DNA of 64,000 bases. Origin: Azolla caroliniana. Its lineage: Eukaryota > Plantae > Polypodiophyta. The position numbers and the translations under genes are program-made. Positions 1 to 12,612 of this stretch are shown here, one piece after another (position 1 is the first letter of the stretch; the number at the start of each line of letters is the position of its first letter). The stretch spans positions 8,246,001 through 8,310,000 of the forward strand of contig JBHGNT010000018.1 of the NCBI GenBank assembly GCA_043228905.1, read 5' to 3'. The notes below the pieces were generated by a model. It was given only the letters and a program-made list of their open reading frames with translations. It searched no databases and was not told the DNA's origin.

Positions 1-2389
1 ACCAAGGTGCTAGACAACGGTTTGGCGTATGCGCACGTGAAGAGCCAAGACGGATGGCACTCCGTCCAATTCTTGACAGTGAGAGCGAACCACGAGCGTA
101 ACTGTGAGACTCTCGACGGTGATGGCTGAGGGGATTTTTAGAGAGGGCTATGAAGGCGTGGGGCCGCGATGGTCCGGAGTCCCCGGAGGAACCCCGTAGG
201 TTGTACGATAACCGGCATCTGTGACTGGGAAAGGAGGAAGGCAGAGGAGCGTCTCAGAGCGTGTGGAGACCTCAGCCTTGACAAAGAGATTGGCAATGCT
301 TTGGAAGCGGTTTCCTTCAATGACACCCTGGGAGAGATAGGGAAGGTGGTCGAAGAAGGCCTCAATGAAGACCGGGTGATTCCGATTAGTTCCGTGGGAA
401 TGTACGAAGTCATTGCCGACTTCCGGGAGAAGGTCGAGTCGGATCAGAAAGCCTACGTAGATACGAAGTACAAGAGTGTGGACTGGAAGGTGAGGCCAAT
501 CATGGCTCCCTTGCCAGAGGGAAGTGAGGAGCGGATGAAGGGGGTTGCATTGGACCCGAGTTTGCAGAATCCGGCTGGCATAGGGCACAGGTTCACCGAC
601 AAAACGCTATGGGAGCTCAAGATTGGTGGGGAGGAGGAGGACCGGTTTTGGAGAATGCTCGGGAGGCATGGGAAGGCCTTCACATTCTCATCGGAGGAGA
701 GCGGGTGTGTGGACCTAAAGATTGTGCAACCCATGGTTATCTTCACGGTACCGCATATGCCGTGGAATTTCAAACCGATTCCGGTACCCAGAGCTCACAT
801 CCCAAAGTTGATGGAGGTACTGAAGTAGAAGGTGGAGATGGGCATGCTGAGTGCCCCGTATTCGAATCGGTGGTTTACTGTGCTGAGGAAGAATGGCACG
901 CTACGCTTCATTTAGGACTTGTAGTCAGTCAATAAAGTGACCATTCGGAACACAGGAATCGGGCCGACCATTGACGAGTTTGCGGAGGCCTTCACCGGAA
1001 GGTCAATCTATTCGGTTGGCGATCTGTACTCGGGGTACGACCAATTCCAGCCAGCCGTAGAAAGCAGGAATATCACAACAACGCAGACCCTTCTCGGCCT
1101 AGTACGGATGTGTACCCTGCCGCAAGGAGGAACAAACTCGGTGGTGCACATGGTGAACGCAATGAATAAGGTGCTAAGGAACTGCATCCCGAACATCACC
1201 ATGACATTCTTGGATGACATCCCGATCAAAGGGTATCAGGTGGAGGATAAGGATGAATCGATTGGGCCAGACGGGTGTTGAAAGTTCGTGGTGGACCACA
1301 TCGACGACTGCGAGAAGGTGTTAGAGAGGCTCGAGAGAGCACGACTCACCTTCTTTGGAGAAAAATCAGCTTTCGGGCAACGTGAAATCATGGTGGTCAG
1401 ACACTTGTGCGGGCCTTATGGCCGGAAACCGTCTCCGGCGAAAGTGGAAGCCATCTCCACAATGAAGGAAGAATGCAAGTCTGTTATAGAGGTTTTTGGG
1501 TGCATGCGCGTTCTACCACATCTGGGTCCTACATTACACACACATCGTAGAACCACTCTACAGGTTGCTGAAGAAAGGGCGGAAGTTTGAGTGGAAGGAG
1601 GAACATGCGGAGTCAGTCCGAAGGATGAAGGAGGCGCTAACCGCGGCACCGACACTTCAGAAAGCGGTTTACAGCAAGGAGGTCTCGATTTACATGATCG
1701 TAGACACGAGCCCAACCAGAATCGGATGGGTGGTCAATCAGGAGGACGAGAGTGGCACAAGGTTCCCCATCTGGTTTGGAGCGAAGGTACTGAGCGAGCG
1801 ACAATGAGGATACACCCAGGTTAAACGCGAACTCTGGGGTATCATTTCAGTAGTCAAGGCCGACAAAGACTATTTGATCAGGACGGAGGTTCTAATCGAG
1901 ACAAACTGCCTACCGATCCTCGGTATGGTGTCCGGATGTGCGACACGGAACCTGGCAATGCTCAGGTGGATTGCATACATTAAGTCCTTGAATCCAGAGA
2001 TACAACACATCTCCAAAAAGGACAACGCCATGGCAGACATGCTTTCGAGAGCACAGTGCGATGATGAGGACGACTGGGTTTCGGAGGACGAAGAAGTCGG
2101 CGTAGACTTCTTCGAGTTGGCTCGCATAGCGGTAAGGAAGGGAAGCACTCTGTCTGTTAACGAATTTAATGAGGACGAGTACGACGAGGAGTGGCTCCAG
2201 ATCGGTAGGTTCTTGAGGACAATGACGCCGGATGCGGCATGGACGAAGGACGAGGCAAACCGGATTCGGAAGAAGACGTACCAGTATTTCCTACAGAACG
2301 GGAGCATATGGAAGCATCCGAAGAAACGAGACGACATTCCACTCCACGTGGTGGAAAGAAGGGAGAAGTAGAAGGCGCTGCTAGTGGCA
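1..2389 (+). mobile_element. G1: degenerate Ty3/Gypsy internal fragment (end of protease, RT, RNase H, start of integrase); same family as G3
   Basis: Frame 1 from base 1 reads TKVLDNGLAYAHVKSQDG..GDF*, matching ORF 55003..55890. ORFs 169..2371 carry YKSVDWKVRP, YSVGDLYSGYDQF, LPQG, FLDD, VDTSP and NAMADMLSR. Several stops and frameshifts. Ends abruptly against Copia B near 2389 with no LTR. Confidence 0.9.
132..200 (+). promoter_or_regulatory. Putative -1 ribosomal frameshift signal (G GAT TTT TAG plus stem-loop/pseudoknot) between protease and RT of G1
   Basis: Heptamer GGATTTT at 132-138 directly before the in-frame TAG. The -1 frame reads GFLERAMKAWGRDGP, homologous to the open -1 frame in G3. 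Stem GGGCTAT/ATGGTCC follows. Confidence 0.65.
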
Positions 2390-2919
2390 AAGACGCCACG
2401 AGCTGAGACTTAACGCGGCTGATTTCTTCCAGGCCAGCACCGGTGATGGCTAAATCATCAACATAAAGTGAAAAGCTAACGGGTCCATGTTTACCTTGCC
2501 GAAAAAATAATGAAGAGTCTGACTTGGACGTCGTAAACCCCATTCTATTTGGATAGAAATCCAGGGGCCATACCATGTGCACTTGTTCCTCAAGATCACC
2601 TTGTAGGAACACATTCTTTATATCCATCTGATGTAGATGCGAACCCTTCACCGTAGGTACGGCTAGCAGAACTCACACGGTAGTCATCTTTGTGATTGGT
2701 GTGAAGGTCTTGTTTTAATCTACGTTGTGCTTCTGCGTGTAGCCTTTGACAACCAAACGGGCCTTATATCGGTTGACAGAGCCGTCAGTGTTGTATTTCA
2801 CCTTATACACCAATCTACATCTGATTGGCTTTACACCCTTCGGTATGTCAACCAGGTCCAAAGTCTCATTGTCCGTTTGCGTCTTTCGCCGTTTCTGCGT
2901 AGCCCTCCAACTCACGCAT

Positions 2920-3571
2920 TGATAGGAACTACACGCTTCGATGAACACCGCTTGGCCACAACTGACCTTAAAATCAAACATAGAAAACAGGGAATGAAAG
3001 AAAACATGACACAAAGGAGAGAAGAGTACACATGATGTTTAACGTGGAAAACCCTGAGAGGGAAAAACCACGGGAGTCCACAGACTCCAAACTATCACTA
3101 TATCACAATGATTACAACAGTGAGCTCACGGAGGCGACAACCTCGTGCTCTCGATCTTCGCCACAGGCGGCGGTTACAACAGAGGCAATGACCTCTTCCT
3201 CTCTCTTTCTCTCTCTGTACACTGTTACGCGCTCTCTGATCTAGCGCCAACAGGAATGACAACAACTACTACAAAGTTTGCCCTAAGTCATATTTATACT
3301 AATATGACTTTTCGGCTATTTACAAATATAGCCCCGATGGACTCTCAGAAACATATTTACGAATATGTCCCTTCATCTGGCGAGCACTCCTCACCAGGCC
3401 TGCATCATCCGGCGCTTGCCGGGCATACATCATCCAATTCTCACCGGTTCTTCCATTGCTGGGTACTCCACATCTGGTTCTCACTGGGTCTTCACCATCT
3501 GGCTCTTGTCGGGTACTCCACATCCGGTTCTCACCGCGTCTTCACCATCCGGAGGGACTTGTTTCCTAACA
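2920..3571 (-). repeat. 3' LTR of Copia C
   Basis: TG...CA ends, homologous to 11905-12612, followed by the PPT complement aactccccct. Confidence 0.9.
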
Positions 3572-4615
3572 AACTCCCCCTTTACTCCGGCATGGGATGT
3601 CTTACTAGTCCGATCCGCTTCTGGCATGCATCCAACTTGTTGGGTATCAGTACTTTGGTCAGCATATCTGACCCGTTCTCGGCCGTGTGGATCTTAGTCA
3701 GCGCGAACACCTCGTCATCTTCTCTTTCCCGGATCCAGTGATACCTTCTCTGAGAGGATATCTCCGTCTCTGGGCTTCGGTAACCGGCTCCTCCATTTGC
3801 TCTTCATCCGAATCCGATTCGGGGTCTTGGCCGGTTCCGGTTTCAGCTTCCTCTACTTCTTCTTCTGCCGGTTCGGTATCCTCACCGTAACCGGCTGGTT
3901 CCTCGAGCGCTAACCGGTCTCTTGCTGGTTGGGTCTGCTCATCGTAGAATAGATCCTTACCGGTCGACTCAGAGTTCATTATCTTCTTCTCCGACGCCCA
4001 GTCGGCGAGCGTCTTGTCCTCTATGCAGATAATATCTCGACTCCGGAATACCTTCTTGTTGACCAGGTCCCACACTCAGTAGCCGAACTCATCGTCGCCG
4101 TAACCGAGGAATATGCATGGCCGGGTCTTTGGATCTAACTTTCCTCTCCTGTCCTTAGCTACATGCACGTACGCGAGATACCCGAACACCTTCAGATGCC
4201 GGTAGGACACTTCCTTACCGGTCCACACTCTTTGCGATGTGTCTCTGTCCAAGGGTATTGAGGGTGATCTGTTTATCACATATGTCGCCGTCGACAGTGC
4301 CTCAGCCCAAAACTTCTTGGGTAGTTTTGCATGTGCCAGCATACTCCGGACCCTCTCCATTATGGTTCGGTTCATCCTCTCGGCCAACCCGTTTAGTTCC
4401 GGCGTCTTCGACACGGTAAATTCGAGCCGGATTGCCTTCGAGTGACAATACTCCTCGAACTGCCCCCGGTATTCACCTCCGTTATCTGCTCGAACCGCCT
4501 TAAGCTTCCGGCCGGTTTCACTTTCCACTCTCGCGTGGAGCTCTTTGAAGACGGATAGCACTTGATCCTTCGTCTTAAGCGGTGTGGCCCACAGCTTCCG
4601 GCTGTGATCATTTAT

Positions 4616-7600
4616 TGTTAGGGCTTGGCGCTTTCCAAACCTTCACCTCTCGGCCACAATCGAGGAAACACGAATCAATGCAGACACAAAGAGAGACTCG
4701 AATGCACAGGGTTTAGCGTGGAAAACCCTAGACGGGAAAAACCACGGGAGTGCAAGACTCCAACTATCACTATACGCAGGGAATGTACAATGGCGAGCTG
4801 CAAGGCGACGACCTTGAGCTCGCTGTCCTCGCCACAGGCGGCGGTATTACACAGAGGCGTCGACCTCTTCCTTTCTCACTCTCTCACTCTCTCTCTCGGC
4901 TGCTCTCACTTCGCTCCCTCTTAGTGGAAAACAGAAAATGAGCAACAACCTATAGCAGCACTAAACAGTTTGCCCTAAGTCATATTTATACACATATGAC
5001 TTTCGGGCTATTTACAAATATAGCCTCAAAGGGCTCTTGGAAAACATATTCATAAATATGTCCCCGCATCCGGATCTCTATCCGGGCACATTCATCATCC
5101 GGCTCCGTAGCCGGGGTCTTCATCATCCGGCACCGTAGCCGGGGTCTTCATCATCCGGCTCCGGAACCGGGTCTTCATTCCCGATTCCCGGACATCCGAC
5201 CATCCCATCCGGAGGGACCGTAATCCCAACAAACTCCCCCTTCACTTCGGCATGGGATGTCTCTCCAATCCGATCCTCTTCCGGCACGCTTCTAGCTTGT
5301 CGGGTGTGAGCACTTTGGTCAGCATATCTGACCCGTTCTCGTCCGTGTGGATCTTCGTCAGCACGAACTCCTGGTCTTCTATCCTTTCCCAGATCCAGTG
5401 ATATCTTCGCTGGATGTGCTTCGTCCGGGAGTGATAGGCCGCGTTCTTCGCAAGGTGGATGGCACTCTGACTGTCGCAGTAGAGTCGGTACTCCTCCTGC
5501 CGGATACCGAGCTCTCTAATGAAGTCCTTCATCCATATTACTTCCTTGCCGGCTTCAACAGCCGCCATGTACTCCGCCTCCGTGGTTGACAACGCAACCG
5601 TCTTCTGCAGCCTCGACTGCCACGAAACAGCTCCCCCTGCATACGTCATCACATACCCTGATGTGGACCGGCTAGTATCTGCATCAGCCGACATATCCGA
5701 ATCGGTAAAGCCGTCGAGTTCGGGCTTACCGGAGCCGAATCGGAGGCACACGTTTGCCGTGCCCTTCAGGTATCGGAGTATCCACTTGGCCGCGTTCCAG
5801 TGTTCTTTGCCGGGATTGCTCATGTACCGGCTCACCACTCCGACTGCATAGCCTATGTCCGGTCTTGTACACACCATTGCGTACATCAAGCTTCCGACGG
5901 CAGAGGCATATGGTACTTTCATCATGTCCTCCTTCTCAGCCTTTGTCTTGGGGCTTTGCTTGCTGGACAACTTGCAGTTTGCCGGGAGGGTTGATCCGAC
6001 CGGTCTTGCTTCCGACATGTTGAACCGTTGAAGCACCTTTGTCACGTACTTCTCCTGTGACAGCCACAACTGCTTCTTCCTCCGGTCCCGGATGATGTGC
6101 ATCACTAATATTTGCCTCGCCGGACCCAAGTCCTTCATTGAGAAGGTTCGGTGAAGAGCCTTCGAACTTCTTCACAAACACGCAGTGATCGGACTGCGTT
6201 TTGTGGTACCCTTCGTCGGTCATGAAAGAGTCGAACTTCCGGTACCATTGCCGGGGAGCCTGCTTCAGTCCGTAAAGGCTCTTCTTCAACCGGCATACCA
6301 GGTGCTCCTTCCCTTTCTTCTCGAATCCTTCCGGTTGCTGCATGTAGATCTCTTCTTCGAGGTCACCGTGAAGGAATGCCGTCTTCACGTCCATCTGTTC
6401 TACCTCGAGGTCCATGCTTGCCGCTATGCTCAGCACCGTCAGGATGGAGGTCATCCTCACTACCGGGGCAAATATCTCGTCGAAGTCGACGCCCTTCTTC
6501 TGCTGGAACCCCTTCACCACGATCCTGGCTTTGTATCTCGGGGGTTTGCCGGCATCTCCCGGTTTCAGCTTGAACACCCACTTGTTTCGAAGTGCCCGTT
6601 TTCCTTTCGGCAACTCCACAAGTTCATATGTGTGGTTCTCATGCAGGGAATCCATCTCCTCTTGCATGGCACTTAACCACCTGCGGCTATGGGTGTCAAG
6701 CTTTGCTTCTTCAAAACTCTCCGGCTCCCCCTCGTCGGTTAGCAGCACGTGCTCTGGTTCCGAAAATCTCCGGGGGGCCCTTCTCTCTCTTAGAGGATAT
6801 CTCCGTTCCGGAGCTTCGGTAACCGGCTCCTCCGTTTCCTCTTCATCCGAATCCATTCCGGGATCGGGGCCGGTTCCGGTATCAGTTTCATCTTCCTCGG
6901 CCGGTTCTGTTTCTTCACCTTCTTCGGCCGGATCCTCGAGTGCTAACCGATCCCTTGCCGGTCGGGACTGCTCCTCGTAGAGTTGATCCTCACCGGTCCA
7001 CTTGGAGCTCTTCATCTTCTTCTCCGACTCCCAGTCGGCGAGTGTCTTGTCCTCCATGAAGATGATATCACGACTCCGGAATATCTTTTTGTCGACCGGG
7101 TCCCATACTCGGTAGCCGAACATGTCGTCGCCGTAACCGAGGAATATGCATGGCCGGGTCTTTGGAGCTAACTTTCCTCTCCGGTCCTTTGCCACATGCA
7201 CGTATGCGAGACACCCGAACACCTTCAAATGCCGGTAGGACACTTCCTTACCGGTCCACACTCTCTGTGGCGTGTCTCCATCCAGGGGTACTGAGGGTGA
7301 TCTATTTATCACATATGTCGCCGTCGACATTGCCTCATCCCAAAATCCCTTGGGTAATTTCGCATGTGCTAGCATACTCCGGACCCTCTCCATTATGGTC
7401 CGGTTCATCCTCTCGGCCAGCCCGTTCAGTTCTGGCGTCTTCGGCACAGTAAACTCGAGCCGGATTCCCATCGAACGGCAATACTCCTCAAATTGCCCTC
7501 GGTATTCTCCTCCGTTATCCGCTCGTAGTGCTTTCAGGTTTTTGGCGGATTCTCTTTCCACTCTCGCGTGGAGTTCTTTGAAGACGGACAATACTTGGTC

Positions 7601-9875
7601 CTTTGTCTTCAACGGTGCCGTCCACAGCTTCCGGCTATGGTCATCTATGAATGTTACGAAGTACTGGGCTCCGCCATGTGACTTCGTTTCTACCTGACAC
7701 ACATCAGTGTGTACCAACTCCAATGGTGCGCTACGTCTCGTCGGTGGCCTTGAGTGGAAGGAGGTTCGGTTCTGCTTACCGGCCAGGCAATCGGTGCACT
7801 TCTCCAGGTGCACATGCTTCACTGGAATAAGGTTGTCTTCTGCAAGCCTCTTCATCCCCTTCTCACTCATGTGGCACAATCTCTTGTGCCACAGCTCACC
7901 GGTAGTGTCGGCTGCCATGTTCAACTCCTCCGGACACAACCAGGCATTCATAAGGTACAGTGTGTTGACTTTCCGGGCCCGAGCCACTATCAGGCTCCCC
8001 TTGCTGAACTTCATTACGCCGTTCCGGATGCTACCTGTGTAGCCTTCATCGTCTAGCCTCCCGGCCGAAATCAGGTTCAATCGAACCTCCGGAACGTGTC
8101 GGACATCCTTCAGCAACATTTTGCATCCGGTCGAGGTTGTCAACCACACGTCTCCTATGCCGGCAATCCGGCACGTACCTTCATTTCCCATCCGAACACA
8201 GCCATGCTCACCGACTGTGTAGGATGAGAAGTATCTTCTTTCCGGGGTCAGGTGGAACGACGCTCCGGAATCGACCACCCAGGTAGTCTCATCGCCGGCA
8301 ATGTTTAGTTCACCTTCTTCGGTGATGAGCATGATCTCCTCTTCACTTGCCGCGAGTGCCGTCGTTCCTTTCCGGTCCTGCCCTCGCCGATCCGGACCTC
8401 TCCGGTCCGTGGCTCCCCGGTATGCACCGTTTCGCTCCGGTGACTTCTTCGAATCGGTGTCATCGGCTCCGTTGTCTTTTCGGTAATGCCGACAATTCTT
8501 TCGGAAGTGCCCCGGCTTCCCACAGTGGAAGCATGTGGGCCTTCCTCTTGACTGCGACCGGGTCCCCGACTTCTCCCGTCTTTGTGGACTCCGGTTCCGT
8601 TGTCTTCCCCGATCCGATTTGGCAAGCAGCATCTCCGACACGCTTCTTCGTTCAAAATGCTTGTCTTTACCGTTTGTAGGGACAAGTTATCTTCGGTGCA
8701 GGAGGTGCTGAGAGTCACCACCAAGTTCTCCCAGCTTGCCGGCAATGTACACATCAGGATGATGGCTTGCATTGCATCCTCCAACGGGAACTTGATCGCT
8801 TCAAGCTGGTTCACGAATCCCATGAACGTGGTTACGTGTTCCACCATACTCTCGCCGCGCCGGTACTTGAGGTTCACTATCTTCCTCATCAGGGAGGTCC
8901 GGTTCAACGCATTCTTCCTCTCGTAGAGGCCCGACAGCTTCTGCCACATCTCATATGCGTTGGTGTCGTTCGCCACATGTTGTAGAACGCTCACGTCGAC
9001 GTATTGCCGAATGGTTGCAACGGCTTTCCGGTTCAGAAGCCTCCATTCTGTCTCAAGTACCCCCTTGGGTATTTCCGACCTGTCGATCGGTTCATACAGG
9101 TCCCGAACAATGAGCAGATCCTCCATCTTTATCTTCTAGTCGGCGTAGTTCTGCGCATTCAGCACTATCATCCCCGGCTGCCCGCTGCTGCCGCCTTCCA
9201 TTTTCTGCAATGCAGTCGCTCTGATACCAGTTTGTTAGGGCTTGGCGCTTTCCAAACCTTCACCTCTCGGCCACAAAGAGGAAACACGAATCAATGCAGA
9301 CACAAAGAGAGACTCGAATGCACAGGGTTTAGCGTGGAAAACCCTAGACGGGAAAAACCACGGGAGTGCAAGACTCAAACTATCACTATACGCAGGGAAT
9401 GTACAATGGCGAGCTGCAAGGCGACGACCTTGAGCTCGCTGTCCTCGCCACAGGCGGCGGTATTACACAGAGGCGTCGACCTCTTCCTTTCTCACTCTCT
9501 CACTCTCTCTCTCGGCTGCTCTCACTTCGCTCCCTCTTAGTGGAAAACAGAAAATGAGCAACAACCTACAGCAGCACTAAACAGTTTGTCCTAAGTCATA
9601 TTTATACACATATGAATTTCGGGCTATTTACAAATATAGCCTCAAAGGGCTCTTGGAAAACATATTCATAAATATGTCCCCGCATCCGGATCTCTATCCG
9701 GGCACATTCATCATCCGGCTCCGTAGCCGGGGTCTTCATCATCCGGCTCCGTAGCCGGGGTCTTCATCATCCGGCTCCGTAGCCGGGGTCTTCATCATCC
9801 GGCTCTGGAACCGGGTCTTCATTCCCGATTCCCGGACATCCGACCATCCCATCCGGAAGGACCGTAATCCCAACA
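4616..9875 (-). mobile_element. Copia A1: full-length Tork/Tnt1-like LTR retrotransposon, defective
   Basis: LTRs 4616-5231 and 9233-9875; perfect TSD TTTAT (4611-4615 / 9876-9880); PBS tRNA-iMet 9218-9229; PPT 5232-5241; U5 hairpin CCGTGGTTTTTCCC..GGGTTTTCCACG typical of Tnt1/Tork LTRs. Confidence 0.97.
5242..9201 (-). pseudogene. A1 gag-pol (Gag, CCHC knuckle, protease, integrase, RT, RNase H), disrupted
   Basis: ORFs 8305..9126, 5936..8641 and 5242..6138. Early nonsense codon near 9137; about 28 bp deleted near 8635; 86 bp deleted near 6160, removing YVDD relative to A2/A3. Confidence 0.95.
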
Positions 9876-10409
9876 TTTATGAACGTCACGAAGTACTGCG
9901 ATCCGGCATGTGACTTTGTGTCCACTTGACACACATCAGTATGCATCAACTCCAGTGGTGCATTACGTCTCATCGGTGGCCTCGATCGGCAGGAGGTCCG
10001 GTTTTGTTTACCGGCCAAACAATCAGTGCACTTCTCCAAGTGCACGTTCTTCACTGGAATGAGGTTGTCGTCTGCAGCCTCTTCATCCCCTTCTCGCTCA
10101 TTTGACACAGCCTCTTGTGCCACAGGTCACCGACAGTGTCGGATGCTACGTTCACTTCTTCCAGGCATAACCGGGCTTCATCAGGTACAACGTGTTTATC
10201 TTCCGGGCTCGAGCCACAATCATGCTCCATTTGCTGAACTTCATAACACCGTTCCGGATGCTACCCGTGTAGACTTCATCATCTAGCCGACCGACTGATA
10301 TCAGGTTCAGACGAACCTCCGGAATGTGTCGGACATCCTTCAGCAGCATCTTGCACCCGGTTGGTGTTGTCAGCCACACGTCTCCTATGCCGACAATTCG
10401 GCATGTACC

Positions 10410-10675
10410 TGTTAGGAAATCGACGGTTTCAAAACCTTCACCTCTCGGCCACAACCGAGGAAACACGAGTCAGTGCAGCAGTAAATCCAAAACACAGTGA
10501 GAGACTCGAATGCACAGGGTTTAGCGTGGAAAACCCTAAACGGGAAAAACCACGGGAGTGCAAGACTCCAACTATCACTATACGCAGGGAATGTACAATG
10601 GCGAGCTGCAAGGCGACGACCTTGAGCTCGCTGTCCTCGCCACAGGCGGCGGTATTACACAGAGGCGTCGACCTC

Positions 10676-10707
<32 letters not shown>

Positions 10708-11083
10708 GGCTGTTCTCACTTCGCTCCCTCTAAGTGGAAAACAGAAAATGAGCAACAACAAAACTGTTTGCCCTAAGTCATATTTATACACATATGACTT
10801 TCGGGCTATTTACAAATATAGCCTCAAGGGCCCTTGGCAAACATATTCACAAATATGTCCCCGCATCCGGATCTCTCTCCGGGTACATTCGTCATCCGGC
10901 TCCGTAGCCGGGGTCTTCATCATCCGGCTCCGTAGCCGGGGTCTTCATCATCCGGCTCCATAGCCGGGGTCTTCATCATCCGGATCCGGAACCGGGTCTT
11001 CATCATCCGGCTCCGGAACCGGGTCTTCATTCCCGATTCCCGGACATCTGACCATCCCATCCGGAGGGACCGTAATCCCAACA
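10410..11083 (-). mobile_element. Solo LTR of the Copia A family inserted in the protease of Copia C
   Basis: TGTTAGG...CCCAACA ends, perfect TSD GTACC (10405-10409 / 11084-11088); host frame EGT|CRIVGIG is restored on removal. Confidence 0.95.
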
Positions 11084-11904
11084 GTACCTTCATTCCCCAT
11101 CCGGACACAGCCGTGATCACCGGCTGAGTAGGATGAGAAGCATTTCCGGTCAGGGGTAAGGTGGAACGACGCTCCGGAGTCGACAACCCAGGTCATCTCG
11201 TCACCTCCCCCTTGAATTTGACCGTGTCCCCGACTTTTCATGGTTCTAGGGACTACGGTTTCTTTGTCTTCCGCGTTCCGATTCGTTAAGGAGCGCTTTG
11301 GAGTCGGAGCTCATATTGCCTCCTCATCTAGCAAGCTCCACTTCACATTGCTAGGCATAACTGTTTCCCTTCCGGCCCGGCGTTGCCCAAAGTGACAACC
11401 AACGTCTCCCAGCTTTCCGGGAGGGAACCGAGCAAGAGTTGCGCTAGTACCTCATTGGCGAGAGGTACTTCCAGTGATGTTGCCTGGTGTATCAGCCCTT
11501 GGAAGGCATTCATGTGCTCCGCCATGTTGGAGCCATCTTGGTACCGGAGTCTTACTAGCTTCCGGAACACCGAAACTTGTTTAACAACATTTTTGTTCTG
11601 AAACATAATGTTGATCTTCTCCTAGAGCTCATGAGCCTTGCTCTCTTCATTAAAGTTGTTGTATAGGCTCATGTCGATGAAGCACCGTATGTACGCCGTT
11701 GTCTTCATGTGCATCACCTCCCATATCGCGGCGTCGATTTTGTCCGGTCTCTTGTCCCCGAACTGAACCGGCAGCCAAAGGTCTTTAACCACGAGCATGT
11801 CCCTCATCTTCGACTTCCACACCGAATAGTTGGAGCCGGTGAGCTTGAACATGCCTCCCAACGAATCGTCCATTTTTCTGTGTTGCCTCGCTCTGATACC
11901 ACTT

Positions 11905-12612
11905 TGACAGGAACTACACGCTCTGATGAACACCGCTCGGCCACAATTGAGCTTAGAATCAAACACAGAAAATGGGGAATAAAAGAAAACACGACACAAA
12001 GGAGAGAAGAGTACACAGGATGTTTAACGTGGAAAACCCTGAGAGGGAAAAACCACGAGAGTCCACAGACTCCAAACTATCACTATATCATAATGATTAC
12101 AACAGTGAGCTCACGGAGTCAACTACCTCGCACTCTCGATCTTCGCCACAGGTGGCGGGTATAACAGAGGCAACGACCTCTTCCTCTCTCTCTCTCTCTC
12201 TCTCTCTGTACACTGTTATGCGCTCTCTGATCTAGTGCCAACAGGAATGACAACAACTACTACAAAGTTTTCCCTAAGTCATATTTATACTAATATGACT
12301 TTTCGGCTATTTACAAGTATAGCCCCGATGGACTCTCAGAAACATATTTACAAATATGTCCCTTCATCCGGCGAGCACTCTTCACCGGGCCTGCATCATC
12401 CGACGCTTGTCGGGCATACATCATCCGGTTCTCACCGGGTCTTTCGTTGCCGAGTACTCCACATCCGGTTCTCACCTGGTCTTCACCATCCGACTCTTAC
12501 TGGGTACTCCACATCCGGTTCTCACCTGGTCTTCACCATCCGACTCTTACTGGGTACTCCACATCCGGTTCTCACCGGGTCTTCACTATCTGGAGGAACT
12601 TGTTTCCTAACG
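11905..12612 (-). repeat. 5' LTR of Copia C
   Basis: Adjacent to the PBS; homologous to 2920-3571; internal repeats of about 45 bp; terminal CA mutated to CG. Confidence 0.88.

Larger units (their letters stand above)
2920..12612 (-). mobile_element. Copia C: Tork-like internal-deletion derivative (RT and most of RNase H missing) hosting A1 and a solo LTR
   Basis: LTRs 2920-3571 and 11905-12612; PBS TGGTATCAGAGC (tRNA-iMet) 11890-11901; PPT 3572-3581; decayed TSD cgcat/ggcac. Gag MDDSLGGMFKL, protease WVVDSGAS, integrase RADNGGEY/NGLAERMNRT. Near 3750 the post-integrase linker (RRYPLRE) is joined directly to the RNase H C-terminus (RYHWIRE). Confidence 0.88.

Noticed and set aside
2380-2400. 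Functional Gypsy/Copia chimera at the G1-B junction
   Set aside because: Opposite strands, both truncated, no LTR or TSD; best explained by a deletion
4625-4941. Recurrent small ORFs in A-family LTRs (e.g. MQDSNYHYTQG.., ..RRECTMASCKATT..)
   Set aside because: They recur only because the LTR is repeated, are antisense to the element, and change frame with microsatellite length
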